DNA from: Gammaproteobacteria bacterium
Lineage (GTDB): Bacteria; Pseudomonadota; Gammaproteobacteria; JBCCGL01
Direction of reading: 5' to 3'
Length of the DNA stretch: 64,000 nt
Assembly (NCBI GenBank): GCA_965277715.1
Contig: OZ255836.1
Location: 2,720,001-2,784,000, forward strand
A model generated the notes under the pieces. The model did no database searches, was not told the DNA's origin, and saw only the letters and a list, made by a program, of their open reading frames with translations. Positions 21,827 to 32,545 of this stretch are shown in pieces (the first letter of the stretch is position 1; every line of letters starts with the position of its first letter). Both the position numbers and the translations under genes were made by a program.

Positions 21827-22504
21827 ATGAGCTGGAAAACCGCCTATCGGTCTTTTTACTACGCCAATGCCGAACCACCAGAAGACATCAGCCTGCCGCC
21901 AGGGAAAACTGCGCTGCTGGTTATCGATATTCAAAATACCTACCTTGAAGCCAGGCAGGACAGTGATGAAAACGCCCGTTGGCAGCCTTTTTTTACCCGC
22001 ATGAATGATACGGTAATCCCCAATACCATCAGGTTGCTTGAGGATGCACGCCGCCGTGGCGTGGAGGTTATTTTTGCGCGCATAGCCTGCCTTAAAGAGG
22101 ATGGGCGCGACCGCTCACTCAGCCAGAAAAAGCCGGGGTTTAATTATCTGTTACTGCCAAAAGACAGGCAGGACAGCCAGCTTATTCCCGCGCTCGCGCC
22201 TCAGGGAGATGAAATCACCGTTCTGAAGACCACCGACAGTGCATTGACCGGCACCAACCTACGCTTGATTCTGCACAATATGGGAATCGAGCATGTCGTT
22301 GTCGCCGGGATTTTTACCGATCAGTGCGTGTCTTCAACGGTGCGTAGCCTGGCAGATGAAAGTTTTAATGTGCTGGTGGTGGATGACTGTTGTGCGGCGG
22401 CTACCGATACCCTGCACCAGCGTGAGCTGGAGATTATCAATATGATCTATTGCCATGTAGTGCAGCTTGATGAGTTGGTAACGTTTTATCCCCCGCTAAC
22501 CTAA
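21827..22504 (+). CDS. Isochorismatase-family cysteine hydrolase
   Basis: ALLVIDIQN, KTTDSA, GIFTDQCVSST. Confidence 0.88.
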   Translation: MSWKTAYRSFYYANAEPPEDISLPPGKTALLVIDIQNTYLEARQDSDENARWQPFFTRMNDTVIPNTIRLLEDARRRGVEVIFARIACLKEDGRDRSLSQKKPGFNYLLLPKDRQDSQLIPALAPQGDEITVLKTTDSALTGTNLRLILHNMGIEHVVVAGIFTDQCVSSTVRSLADESFNVLVVDDCCAAATDTLHQRELEIINMIYCHVVQLDELVTFYPPLT

Positions 22505-22600
22505 ACCCGATAGATCAGGAACCCGTCGGGGTCAGTTAGCCCACGGTAAATACGGTATAACGCACATTCACAAAACGGCAACAACACAGCGAGATACAAA

Positions 22601-23398
22601 GTGGAATCGATGCAGGCCTCTTCTCCCCCTTCTCTTGGCATTATCGGCGTAGGCCAGTTAGCGGATTACTGCCTGGCCGGTATGCGCCGTGGTGGCGACC
22701 AGCGCCGGGTGGTGCTCAGCCCACACAACCGCGCCAATGCGCAGGCTTTGGCAGAAAAATATGGGTGTGAAATTGCCGATAGCAATCAGGCCACGGTTGA
22801 GCAGGCTGATGTGGTGTTGCTGTCGACACGCCCGGAGAATACACCACAGGCCTTATCGGACCTCACCCTACATGCGGATCAACTACTTATCTCCGTGGTG
22901 GCCGGTGTGCCACTCGATGTATTAGTGCCACTTGCGGCGCCTGCCACTGTCGTGCGCAGCTTGCCTGTGTGCAGCGCAGAGGTAGGGATTGGCGGTATGC
23001 CACTGTACCCGGACAGCTCAAAAGCCAGAGCACTGCTGGGTACACTGGGCGAAATAGTGGTGATGGACGATGAAATCAGTTTCGACAAAATTGCCGTCAT
23101 CGGCTGTGCGATTGGCTGGTTTTTTCAACTCTTTGCCGAGCTACAGGACTGGATGGTCTCCACTGGCATTCCGCTGGAGCAGGCGCGTGCAATGGCCCTG
23201 CACAGCGCGCACGGTGCCAGTGGTCTGGCGCTGGCAAAACCGCAGATGGGCTTGTCTGAATTGGCCAACACCATTGCCCGCCCAGGAACCTATACGCTGG
23301 CCGGTATGCAGGTATTGCGTGAGCGGGGTGGGTTGCGTGCTATGCACGCGGCGTGTGATGAAGTGCAGCGCCGGTTTGATGAAGCAGGTGCGCCTTAG
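22601..23398 (+). CDS. Pyrroline-5-carboxylate reductase-like oxidoreductase
   Basis: GIIGVGQL, LISVVAGV, IARPGTYT; divergent ProC homologue. Confidence 0.75.
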   Translation: MESMQASSPPSLGIIGVGQLADYCLAGMRRGGDQRRVVLSPHNRANAQALAEKYGCEIADSNQATVEQADVVLLSTRPENTPQALSDLTLHADQLLISVVAGVPLDVLVPLAAPATVVRSLPVCSAEVGIGGMPLYPDSSKARALLGTLGEIVVMDDEISFDKIAVIGCAIGWFFQLFAELQDWMVSTGIPLEQARAMALHSAHGASGLALAKPQMGLSELANTIARPGTYTLAGMQVLRERGGLRAMHAACDEVQRRFDEAGAP

Positions 23399-23517
23399 AT
23401 AACCGTTTTATTGTTTGTGTGTAAACACTTATTGTAAGACGCTGTCATACGGTGTTATCATCAACGCTCAACGGCCCAATGATAAGGCTATCGCAAGCAC
23501 GGTATGAGGCAACACCC

Positions 23518-23778
23518 ATGAGAATCAATGCCAGGCTGGATAAAGCCACCGAACGTAAAGTGACTTACCTTAAAGAAGTCACACAACAAAGCCACACGAA
23601 CATCGTTAAGGACGCGATAGCGTTGTACTACCAAAACACTTACGCACAAACGGCGTATAAAATGCAATCCCTGCTGAGCAGTGATTTCATTGGTTGTGCG
23701 CAAGGCGATACCGATTTATCGACCGACTACAAAGACCACTTAGCTGACAGCCTGTCGCGCAAACATGATATTGACTGA
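23518..23778 (+). CDS. Putative RHH/CopG antitoxin
   Basis: MRINARLD...FIGCAQGDTDLSTDYK; overlaps the start of the PIN gene. Confidence 0.75.
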   Translation: MRINARLDKATERKVTYLKEVTQQSHTNIVKDAIALYYQNTYAQTAYKMQSLLSSDFIGCAQGDTDLSTDYKDHLADSLSRKHDID

Positions 23779-24181
23779 TACCGGCTATTGGCTAGCCCTG
23801 GCCAATGCACGGGATAAATACCACACCCGGGCCATCGAAGTCAGCCGCGGGATTAACGACGAACTGCTGATTACCTGGCCAGTCATCACCGAAACCTGCC
23901 ATTTGTTAGCGCAGCGCCTATACCCAGGGGTAGCGGTAAAATTTCTCCACCAGGTTAAGCAGACAACCACTATTTTTGAGATAGACGATGAAGGGTTAAA
24001 CCGCTGCCAGGTGTTGATGTGTCACTACCTGGAGTTGCCGATGGATTTAGCGGATGCCTCGTTGGTATTGGCCGCAGAAGAATGGCGCGATGGGCGTATT
24101 CTCTCTACGGATAAAAGAGACTTTCAAACCTATCGATGGAAAAACAGCTACCCGTTTACCAATTTATTGTTAGCCGATTAG
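23765..24181 (+). CDS. PIN-domain (VapC-like) toxin
   Basis: MILTDTG, VITE, MDLADASLV, STDKRDF. Confidence 0.9.
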   Translation: MILTDTGYWLALANARDKYHTRAIEVSRGINDELLITWPVITETCHLLAQRLYPGVAVKFLHQVKQTTTIFEIDDEGLNRCQVLMCHYLELPMDLADASLVLAAEEWRDGRILSTDKRDFQTYRWKNSYPFTNLLLAD

Positions 24182-24341
24182 ATGGCAGTTTCATGGGCGA
24201 ATGAATGGCCGATTCGACGGGAACATGCAATCGAACACAGCGTTGCTTAATGGCGCAAAAACAACAAATTGAGGCGTGTTGTATTGTCATGGTACATCAA
24301 CCCCTGCAAGATAATCGCCATTCGTTTCAGGTCACTCAACG

Positions 24342-25523
24342 GTGAGGGTTAACAACGTGCTCTGTGAAAAAACCTTAACAGCCATCAATCAGCCAACCGC
24401 CAGCGCGACCGGCCTACCCAATCAGGCGTATACCGACGCGGCATTTTTTCTCGCTGAGCGCGACTCGGTATTTTCCAATAACTGGGCCTGCCTGGGGTTT
24501 GTCTCGGCAATGCCAGCAGCGGGCCACGCAGCACCTATCAACTTTCTGGGCCTGCCGCTGGTGGCCGTGCGTGACAGCGATAACACGCTGCGCATTTTCC
24601 ACAATGTATGCAGCCATCGCGGTCAATTGCTGGTCCACGAGGCCTGCAAAATGCGCGGTGGGCTGCGCTGCCCCTACCACGCCTGGAATTATGCGCCAGA
24701 CGGCGAGCTGCGCGGCACACCGCATATCGGTGGCACAGGCGTGCATGAAATCGCTGCTTTCAAACGTGAAAAGCACGGCCTCAAAGCGGTGCGTTCACGG
24801 GTTTGGCTAGGGATGGTATTTATCAATTTATCAGGTGATGCACCCGACTTCGACGATTATTTAAGCCCGCTAACGCAGCGTTGGGAGGCATTTTGTGGCG
24901 TGAGCGCACTGGGTGGTATCGGCACCGTAACCCGTAGTAAACCCCAGACGATGGAAGTGCAATCGAACTGGAAGCTGGCAGTAGAAAACTATTGCGAGTC
25001 GTACCACCTGCCCTGGGTACACCCTGAGCTGAACCGGGTGTCTAAGCTTGAAGACCATTACAATATTACCGTTGGCGACAACTTTGCCGGGCAGGGCAGC
25101 TACGCCTACACCCAAACAGGCGAGGCCGCCACCCTGCTACCGGTATTTGCCGACTGGCCACACGACAAAATCAAACAATCGGAATACCTGAGCTTTTACC
25201 CCAATGTGCTCCTCGGCCTGCACGCTGACCACGCCTTTGCCATGATTATCGAACCGCTGGCGCACAACCGTACCGCCGAGCACTGGCAGTTATTTTATGT
25301 CGACGAGCAGGCACGTGATGAGCGGTTTAGCACCACGCACACCGCGCTACTCGGGTTTTGGCGGGATGTGTTCAATGAGGATGTCGACGCCGTCGAAGGG
25401 CTGCAAAAAGGGCGCGATTCACCCGGTTTTCAGGGTGGCGCGTTTACCCCCGTGATGGATGTACCGACCCACCATTTTCACCGCTGGGTGGCCAATAATG
25501 TGACTACTGGAAACAAGGTATGA
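24342..25523 (+). CDS. Rieske oxygenase alpha subunit (choline monooxygenase-like)
   Basis: NVCSHRG...CPYHAW, NWKLAVENYCESYHLPWVH, EDVDAVEGLQ. Confidence 0.88.
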   Translation: MRVNNVLCEKTLTAINQPTASATGLPNQAYTDAAFFLAERDSVFSNNWACLGFVSAMPAAGHAAPINFLGLPLVAVRDSDNTLRIFHNVCSHRGQLLVHEACKMRGGLRCPYHAWNYAPDGELRGTPHIGGTGVHEIAAFKREKHGLKAVRSRVWLGMVFINLSGDAPDFDDYLSPLTQRWEAFCGVSALGGIGTVTRSKPQTMEVQSNWKLAVENYCESYHLPWVHPELNRVSKLEDHYNITVGDNFAGQGSYAYTQTGEAATLLPVFADWPHDKIKQSEYLSFYPNVLLGLHADHAFAMIIEPLAHNRTAEHWQLFYVDEQARDERFSTTHTALLGFWRDVFNEDVDAVEGLQKGRDSPGFQGGAFTPVMDVPTHHFHRWVANNVTTGNKV

Positions 25524-26932
25524 CAGCGGACCTTTCACTGGTCAACAAAACCGCCTGCGAGGTACTCGATCTACTGAACAGGGGCGAGGTATCGCCGCTG
25601 GATTTACTCGACACCCTAGAACAGCGCATCGATGCCGTCGATGGCAGTATTCACGCGCTACCCACCCTGTGCTTTGACCGCGCCCGCGAGCAGGCCCGCG
25701 CATTGATGAAAAAACCACTGGTGGCGCGTGGTGTGTTGCGCGGTATGCCACTCCCCATCAAAGACCTCGACGAGGTGGCCGGGGTGCGCACAACCTACGG
25801 TTCATCAATTTACCGCGAACATATCCCCACCACCTCAAACTACCTGGTGCAGCAACTGGAAAGCAATGGTGCATTGGTCTACGCCAAATCCAATACCCCG
25901 GAATTTGGCAGCGGCGCCCAGACCTTCAACGTCTTGTTCCCCACCACCTGCAACCCGCGCAATACGGCGCTGTCGGTCGCCGGTTCCTCGGGGGGCGCGG
26001 CGGCGGCGCTGGCCTCTGGCAGTGCCTGGTTGGCGCAGGGGTCTGATATGGCGGGGTCACTGCGCACCCCGGCGAGTTTTTGCGGTGTGGTTGGCATGCG
26101 GCCCTCGCCAGGGCGGGTGGTCGCCGGGCCGGGTAACGCGATGATTTTCGACGTGCTCTCCACCAGTGGGCCAATGGCGCGCACCGTCGAAGACACCGCA
26201 TTATTACTGGACGCCATGTGTGGGCGCAACCCCGGTGATCCACTGGTACAGTCCCGACCGGGCACCCCCTTTCGCACGGCGGCACAGCGGATTGAGAAAC
26301 CGCAAAAGATCGCTTTTAGTGCCGATCTGGGCATCAGCCCGCTAGACCCGGCGGTATCGGCAGTGTTTTCCCGTGCACTGGAAACCCTCGGCGCCGATGG
26401 CATCGAACTGATCGGCGCGTGCCCGGATTTCAGTGGCGTCCACGAGACATTTGGCGTGCTGCGTGCGCATAGCTACGCCGTGGGAATGGAGAGCCTACTA
26501 CGTGACCACCGCGATCAACTCAAGCCTGATAACGTGTGGAATATCGAGCGGGGGCTGGCCCTAACCGCCGCGCAGATTGCTGAGGCGCAACGCCAGCGCA
26601 GCGCACTTTTTTATCGCAGCAGTGAATTTATGCAAAGTGTCGATGCGTTGATATGCCCAACGGCCATCGTGCCCTCTTTTCCCCTGGAACAACGCTTTGT
26701 CGACGCCTGCAATGGCGTGACCTTTGACCACTACTACCACTGGCTGGCGCTGGTATATGCGATTACCCTGACCGCCCTGCCCGCCATCAGCATTCCCTGT
26801 GGAATCGCTGGCAATGGCATACCCATAGGCCTTCAGGTAATCGGTAAGGTCCAGGGTGAGGTGACATTGCTGAGCGTGGCGCGCTACCTGGAGACCTTGT
26901 TTGCTTTCGATACCACCCCTGTTACCCCGTGA
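25520..26932 (+). CDS. Amidase-signature family protein
   Basis: PIKDL, GSSGGAAAA, GSDMAGSLRTPA. Confidence 0.9.
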   Translation: MTADLSLVNKTACEVLDLLNRGEVSPLDLLDTLEQRIDAVDGSIHALPTLCFDRAREQARALMKKPLVARGVLRGMPLPIKDLDEVAGVRTTYGSSIYREHIPTTSNYLVQQLESNGALVYAKSNTPEFGSGAQTFNVLFPTTCNPRNTALSVAGSSGGAAAALASGSAWLAQGSDMAGSLRTPASFCGVVGMRPSPGRVVAGPGNAMIFDVLSTSGPMARTVEDTALLLDAMCGRNPGDPLVQSRPGTPFRTAAQRIEKPQKIAFSADLGISPLDPAVSAVFSRALETLGADGIELIGACPDFSGVHETFGVLRAHSYAVGMESLLRDHRDQLKPDNVWNIERGLALTAAQIAEAQRQRSALFYRSSEFMQSVDALICPTAIVPSFPLEQRFVDACNGVTFDHYYHWLALVYAITLTALPAISIPCGIAGNGIPIGLQVIGKVQGEVTLLSVARYLETLFAFDTTPVTP

Positions 26933-26945
26933 CCCCGATTAACTG

Positions 26946-28289
26946 GTGGCACCGCCCATGACATTTTACACACAGCATGCTCCTGTTACCTTCGCCGATG
27001 CATTGCCGGAAAAAGTGGATGTTGTGGTTATCGGTGCGGGGGTGATTGGTATCTCTATCGCCTGGTTTTTGGCCAAACAGGGCGTCACAGTTGCCGTGTG
27101 CGAAAAGGGCCGCGTGGCGGGCGAGCAATCCAGCCGCAACTGGGGGTGGATTCGCAAACACGGGCGCGACTACGCCGAACTGCCGATTATGATGGAGAGC
27201 ATCGACTTATGGGAATCAATGGCCAACTCGCTTGATGAAGATATCGGCTTTACCCGCAGCGGAGTGCTCTATCTAGCAAAAAACGCCGCCGAAATGGCAC
27301 AGCGTGAAGCCTGGTTAAGCGTTGCCAAACCGCACAAACTGGACACGCAAATGCTCAATGCCAGGCAAATCGGCGCGCTGGTTAAAGGTAACCCCGGCAA
27401 CTGGGTAGGCGGCGCCTACACCGCCAGCGATGGCCGGGCAGAGCCGTCACTGGCCGTGCCTGCGCTGGCGCGGGCCATACAAAAAAAGGGGGCGCGCATT
27501 AGTGAAAACTGCGCGGTGCGCGCCCTGGAAACCAGCGCAGGTGCGGTTTCTGGAGTCATTACCGAAAAAGGGGTGATTAAATGCAGCACCGCCGTGTGTG
27601 CCGGTGGTGCCTGGGCATCACTGTTCAGCCGCCATCACGGTTGTGACTTTCCACAACTCACTGTGCGCGCCACGGTGGCGCGCACCGCCAGCGCACCGAA
27701 TTTTTTTGCCGGTGCCGCCGCCAGCGGCGAGCTGGCTTTTCGGCGCCGCCAAGACGGCGGTTACACACTGGCGGCGGCAGGTGGCTTTGATCACTTTATC
27801 AACCGCGACAGCTTTCGCTATAGCAAAGCGTTTTTACGCTGTTTTTTAAAATCGCACCACGCCTTGGTTCTGCGCCCCGGTGGCCTGCTTTCCCGGTTGA
27901 ACAGCACGCCCAGTTGGCGCGGTGATGATGTCAGCCCGTTTGAGCGTGAGCGCGTACTGAACCCCGACCCATCCCCCCGGGCTATCGCCACAATTAAAAA
28001 ACAACTGGCTGCACAGTTATCGCCGCTGGCCGATACCCACATTGAGCAAGTGTGGGCGGGTATGATCGATGCGACCCCGGATATAGTGCCGGTGATCGAT
28101 GCCGTTGCCCCCCTGCCGGGTTACTACATTGCCGCTGGGTTTTGTGGCCATGGTTTTGGCATTGGCCCCGGTGCCGGGCGTGTCATGGCGGATATGATTT
28201 TGGGTAAGCCCCCCGGCCATGATATATCCCGGTTTCGCTTTGGGCGCTTTACCGATGGCAGTAAGTTGGATTTGGGGCCAGCCTTATGA
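26946..28289 (+). CDS. FAD-dependent D-amino-acid oxidase/DadA-family oxidoreductase
   Basis: VIGAGVIG, GEQSSRNWGW, GHGFGIGPGAG. Confidence 0.9.
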   Translation: MAPPMTFYTQHAPVTFADALPEKVDVVVIGAGVIGISIAWFLAKQGVTVAVCEKGRVAGEQSSRNWGWIRKHGRDYAELPIMMESIDLWESMANSLDEDIGFTRSGVLYLAKNAAEMAQREAWLSVAKPHKLDTQMLNARQIGALVKGNPGNWVGGAYTASDGRAEPSLAVPALARAIQKKGARISENCAVRALETSAGAVSGVITEKGVIKCSTAVCAGGAWASLFSRHHGCDFPQLTVRATVARTASAPNFFAGAAASGELAFRRRQDGGYTLAAAGGFDHFINRDSFRYSKAFLRCFLKSHHALVLRPGGLLSRLNSTPSWRGDDVSPFERERVLNPDPSPRAIATIKKQLAAQLSPLADTHIEQVWAGMIDATPDIVPVIDAVAPLPGYYIAAGFCGHGFGIGPGAGRVMADMILGKPPGHDISRFRFGRFTDGSKLDLGPAL

Positions 28290-29038
28290 TCGTTCGCTAT
28301 CTGTTAAAAACACTGGTGATGCCGCCCGCATCCAACCTGTTATTAATGCTACTCGGCGTATGCCTGTGGCGGGTTTACCCACGCCTGGCCAAAGGGTGTA
28401 TCGTCTTGGGGATCGTCAGCCTGTGGCTGCTATCGACCCCCTGGTTCGCTTTTCAGTTAATCAGCCCACTTGAGCATCGATGGCCGCCACTCGCGCCCAG
28501 CCAGGATTGCGGCGATGCCGGTGCGATTGTTGTGCTCGGCGGTGGTTTGTATCGTTATGCACCTGAATACAGCGATAGTGGTGATGTGTCACCCCCTTCA
28601 CTCAGCAGATTACGCTATGCCGCTACGTTGGCACGGCGTTGTAACTTACCCGTTGCTATATCGGGTGGCGGAATACTCAAGCGCCAGGCCAAAAGCGAAG
28701 CTGAATTGATGGCATCGGTGCTGGAAAACGAATTCCGTGTCCCCGTTCGCTGGCGCGAAATGGAAAGCCGTAATACGGCTGAAAACGCCGCGCTGACGGT
28801 GCCACTGCTGCTGCGTGAAGGTATTAGTACAATTATCCTAGTGACATCTGCAAGCCATATGCCCCGCTCGGTGAGTTCGTTTAGCCGGGAATCGATAGCG
28901 GTTATCGCTGCACCTACCGTTTTCACCGGGAGGCCTGGTGGCTTAATTCGATGGTTACCGTCGGTCGAAGCGTTACAGCGCAGCCAGATCGCCTTGCACG
29001 AATACCTGGGAATGTTGGTCTATAAAATCCTGTATTGA
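28286..29038 (+). CDS. YdcF/ElyC (DUF218) family protein
   Basis: IVVLGGG, SRNTAENA, LVTSASHMPR, LHEYLG. Confidence 0.88.
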   Translation: MIVRYLLKTLVMPPASNLLLMLLGVCLWRVYPRLAKGCIVLGIVSLWLLSTPWFAFQLISPLEHRWPPLAPSQDCGDAGAIVVLGGGLYRYAPEYSDSGDVSPPSLSRLRYAATLARRCNLPVAISGGGILKRQAKSEAELMASVLENEFRVPVRWREMESRNTAENAALTVPLLLREGISTIILVTSASHMPRSVSSFSRESIAVIAAPTVFTGRPGGLIRWLPSVEALQRSQIALHEYLGMLVYKILY

Positions 29039-29110
29039 CTACGCGCTGCAAGCGGGCAGGCAGTATACTGCGCCGTCACCGCCTATTGGCAATACCGCTA
29101 CGGAATTAAC

Positions 29111-30112
29111 ATGCGCAAACAGGTCTACCTCACCGGTATCACCACCACCGGAACCCCCCATCTGGGCAACTATGCCGGGGCCATTCGCCCCGCTATCGAA
29201 GCCAGCCGTGACAGCAATAACCAGGCGTATTATTTTCTCGCCGACTACCACGCGCTGATCAAATGCCACGACCCGCAACGCGTCCGGCAGTCCCGCCTGG
29301 AAATTGCCGCCACCTGGCTGGCGATGGGGCTGGACCCAGAGCAGGTCACTTTTTACCGGCAATCCGATGTGCCGGAGATTATGGAACTCACCTGGATGCT
29401 CACCTGCCTGACCGCCAAAGGTCTGATGAACCGCGCACACGCCTACAAAGCGGTCGCGCAGAACAATATCGATTCAGGTGAGGCAGACCCGGATAAAGGC
29501 ATCACAATGGGTTTGTTCAGTTACCCGATTTTGATGAGTGCCGATATTTTGATGTTCAACGCAAACAAAGTGCCGGTGGGTCGCGACCAGATACAGCACC
29601 TGGAAATGGCGCGGGATATTGCCCAGCGTTTTAATCACCATTTTGGTGAATATTTTGTATTGCCGCAGGCGCAGGTCGACGATGACACCGCTGTGCTCGC
29701 CGGGCTGGATGGGCGCAAGATGAGCAAAAGTTATAACAACACTATTCCTCTGTTTGAGCCGGAGAAAAAATTCCGCAAGTTGATTATGAAGATTAAGACC
29801 AACTCGCAGGAACCCGGTGAGCCGAAAGACCCACAAGGTAATACGCTGTTTGAAATTTACCGGGCGTTTGCCACTGCACCTGAAGTCGCGGAAATGCGCC
29901 AGCACTATGCCGGGGGTATCGCCTGGGGTGAAGCCAAACAACAGGTGTTTGAATGCCTCAATAATGTGCTTAAAGCACCGCGTGAACATTACCTGGAGCT
30001 GATGGCAGAGCCGGAAAAAATTGAACGTATATTGGTCAGAGGGGCGGAAAAGGCGCGGGCTGTCAGTGTGCCGTTTTTGCAACAGTTGCGTCGGGCTACG
30101 GGGATTGCGTGA
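29111..30112 (+). CDS. trpS: Tryptophan--tRNA ligase
   Basis: [27 protein letters not shown]. Confidence 0.96.
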   Translation: MRKQVYLTGITTTGTPHLGNYAGAIRPAIEASRDSNNQAYYFLADYHALIKCHDPQRVRQSRLEIAATWLAMGLDPEQVTFYRQSDVPEIMELTWMLTCLTAKGLMNRAHAYKAVAQNNIDSGEADPDKGITMGLFSYPILMSADILMFNANKVPVGRDQIQHLEMARDIAQRFNHHFGEYFVLPQAQVDDDTAVLAGLDGRKMSKSYNNTIPLFEPEKKFRKLIMKIKTNSQEPGEPKDPQGNTLFEIYRAFATAPEVAEMRQHYAGGIAWGEAKQQVFECLNNVLKAPREHYLELMAEPEKIERILVRGAEKARAVSVPFLQQLRRATGIA

Positions 30113-30474
30113 CACGTGACGCCTAACCAGGCTCGAATATTGCTTTGATTATTCCAGGTTTCTTTCGGGTCGCAGATGAGTGCGGTACAGTCCGTGAGCA
30201 TATCCTGCTAGTCGTATCGGGTTTGTACTTTGGCGCATTGCTTGCTTATCTACTATTTTTAATTGGTGGGCTATCCGTTTCAATCAGCCAACCTCGGTAA
30301 CGTTAGATCACCTTGTGTATTAATAAATTAAAAGTTGGGAGGTATTAGTAACAATTGATTAATTTAACGTTCATTTTATTGACATTGTGCTATATCTAAT
30401 AGGGCGGTGGCGACTGTTTGAATAATTCATTAGTGGCTACTGACTATTTAAGCTAAGTTAAACAGCAGGTAGGT

Positions 30475-31251
30475 ATGGATTTAGCATCATTTGTCGGCAT
30501 TGTTTCCGGCTTGTTTTTAATTGTCTTCGCGATTGTTTTCGGTGGTGATGTGCATAATTTTTATAATGCACCAGGTTTGATGATTGTGCTCGGTGGCACT
30601 ACGGCGGCCACTTTGTTAACGTTCCAGTTCAAGGATGTGTTAGCGGCATTTAAGGCCGCCTTTATTGTTTTTCTTACGGATAAACAAGACCCTAACGATA
30701 TGGTGTCGACTATGTTGCGCGTCTGTACGATCAGTCGGCGTGAGGGGTTATTGGGTTTGGGTAATGTTAAAACTGATTCGCCATTTATTAAACGGGTATG
30801 TAATTTAATTGCCGATGCCTCTGATGAAGATACAATCCGCGCCACGCTGCGCACTGAAATAGATTCGATGAAAATGCGCCACTTTATTATTCAGGATGTG
30901 TTTCGGCGTATGGCGATTTACGCACCTTCATTTGGTATGTTGGGCACGCTGATTGGCTTGATTCAAATGCTCAGTAAACTCACCGAACCAGAATACCTGG
31001 GACCGGCGATGGCGGTGGCATTGTTGACGACATTTTATGGTTCGTTGTTATCCACTATGTTATTTATGCCGATAGCTGGCAAGCTGCGTTCACGCACTAT
31101 GCTCGAAGCGATTAATCTGGAAATTGCCTACGAAGGCGCGGTGTCTATTCTACAGGATAACAATTCGCTGTCGGTTTATGAAAAACTCTCAGCTTATATT
31201 CCAAAAGCCTCGCGTAAACCGATGCCAAATATGCGTGAACGCCAGGCGTAA
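30475..31251 (+). CDS. MotA/PomA-family stator subunit
   Basis: MIVLGGT, APSFGMLGTLIGLIQML, ALLTTFYG. Confidence 0.9.
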   Translation: MDLASFVGIVSGLFLIVFAIVFGGDVHNFYNAPGLMIVLGGTTAATLLTFQFKDVLAAFKAAFIVFLTDKQDPNDMVSTMLRVCTISRREGLLGLGNVKTDSPFIKRVCNLIADASDEDTIRATLRTEIDSMKMRHFIIQDVFRRMAIYAPSFGMLGTLIGLIQMLSKLTEPEYLGPAMAVALLTTFYGSLLSTMLFMPIAGKLRSRTMLEAINLEIAYEGAVSILQDNNSLSVYEKLSAYIPKASRKPMPNMRERQA

Positions 31252-31281
31252 CAGCCAGGCTCAACAGTAAGTAATGTAACA

Positions 31282-32013
31282 ATGCGCAAGTCGACTAAAT
31301 CATCGTTTAGTGAGTTCTTCGACCAGCAAGACGCCAATATATGGGTGACCACTTACGCGGACATGATGACCCTGCTGCTGGTATTTTTTATCCTGCTATA
31401 TTCGATCTATTACCTCGATGCACAACGTTTCAAGGCGTCGCTGTCATCGATCCAGATTTCGGTCGATCAGCAGGGGGAAACGGTGAGCCTGATTGAGTTT
31501 CACGAACCTGTCTTATCCCGGCAGATGATAACGCTGGAAGAAATAACCGGCCTCAGTAAACCTGAAGAATACGTGCGCAATGAGCTGCAGCATATTGTCG
31601 ATGCGGCGAATTTGGGCAACCGTATCTTTGCCTATGTCGATGCCGATAAAGTGGTGTTGCAGGTGCCGGGTGAATTATTGTTTGACTCAGGGCAGGCGAC
31701 ACTCAATGCAACGGCATTGCCGCTGTTTGATACGCTGCAAAAAACCTTCGATAGCTACCCGGACTACACCATCAGCATACGCGGGCATACCGATAACCGT
31801 GCGATAAACACACAACAGTTTCCTTCAAACTGGGAACTTTCGGCGGTGCGTGCAACAACGGTATTACGGTATTTTTTAAGCAATGGCACATTGCCAGAAC
31901 GTATATCGGCAACAGGCTATGCGGATTTATTGCCCATCGACAGCAACGACACCCCTGAAGGCCGCTCGGCAAACCGAAGGGTTGAATTTGTTCTGGAAAA
32001 ACTCGTTAGGTAA
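31282..32013 (+). CDS. MotB/PomB-family stator subunit
   Basis: WVTTYADMMTLLLVFF plus OmpA-like GHTD...NWELS...NRRVE. Confidence 0.9.
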   Translation: MRKSTKSSFSEFFDQQDANIWVTTYADMMTLLLVFFILLYSIYYLDAQRFKASLSSIQISVDQQGETVSLIEFHEPVLSRQMITLEEITGLSKPEEYVRNELQHIVDAANLGNRIFAYVDADKVVLQVPGELLFDSGQATLNATALPLFDTLQKTFDSYPDYTISIRGHTDNRAINTQQFPSNWELSAVRATTVLRYFLSNGTLPERISATGYADLLPIDSNDTPEGRSANRRVEFVLEKLVR

Positions 32014-32017
32014 CTTG

Positions 32018-32371
32018 ATGAGCGATCGATACGATTACGAACGTATGGCCTATCGCGTGGTGCCAGACAGAAATGACCCGGTCATCCTGCAGGTGGAGGC
32101 TAAATTAGTACGTGTGATTAATATCAGCGCGGGCGGTGTTTCGTGTGCATCGGAACATATTCACCCTGGCAAACACTACCCGGCACGGGTTAACCTGCCT
32201 GATGAGTCGGCAGATATTCCGTGTGAACTGGAAGCGCTGTGCAAAGACAAGCGCAATCTCCTGCACTGTCGTTTTCTTGGTATGGATGCCAGGCATGTCG
32301 ACAGGCTCCACCACTATGTGCTGGAACGTCAGAAAAGTGCGATTAAATCAGTACGTGAAAAAATCACCTGA
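32018..32371 (+). CDS. PilZ-domain protein
   Basis: RMAYR and NISAGG motifs; ATG at 32018. Confidence 0.82.
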   Translation: MSDRYDYERMAYRVVPDRNDPVILQVEAKLVRVINISAGGVSCASEHIHPGKHYPARVNLPDESADIPCELEALCKDKRNLLHCRFLGMDARHVDRLHHYVLERQKSAIKSVREKIT

Positions 32372-32375
32372 CTAA

Positions 32376-32528
32376 GGAACGTGCACGAAATAATTCCCCT
32401 TTTTATAAGATTATTTAAATAATGTGCCATGCGTTAATAATCCTAAATTCCGCAGTTGAATCGTAGCGAGGGCGTCTAAGGTGAATCGATATATTGACTA
32501 ATCCCGAAATTTATTTCGTGCACATTCC
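32376..32528. mobile_element. 153-bp MITE
   Basis: TIRs GGAACGTGCACGAAATAA / TTATTTCGTGCACATTCC (1 mismatch), with TAA on both flanks; non-coding. Confidence 0.75.
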
Positions 32529-32545
32529 TAAAGGGCTGTATTCCC

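Noticed and set aside
21780-26940. Isolated TGACCC/GGGGTCA matches near 21792, 22528 and 26930
   Set aside because: They lack the AAATAAC/GTTATTT extension, adjacent duplications or insertions, and are compatible with chance.
30475-32013. MotAB pair as Zorya ZorAB anti-phage genes
   Set aside because: The MotA is normal length with no long ZorA tail, and no zorC/D/E follows; the downstream gene is PilZ.
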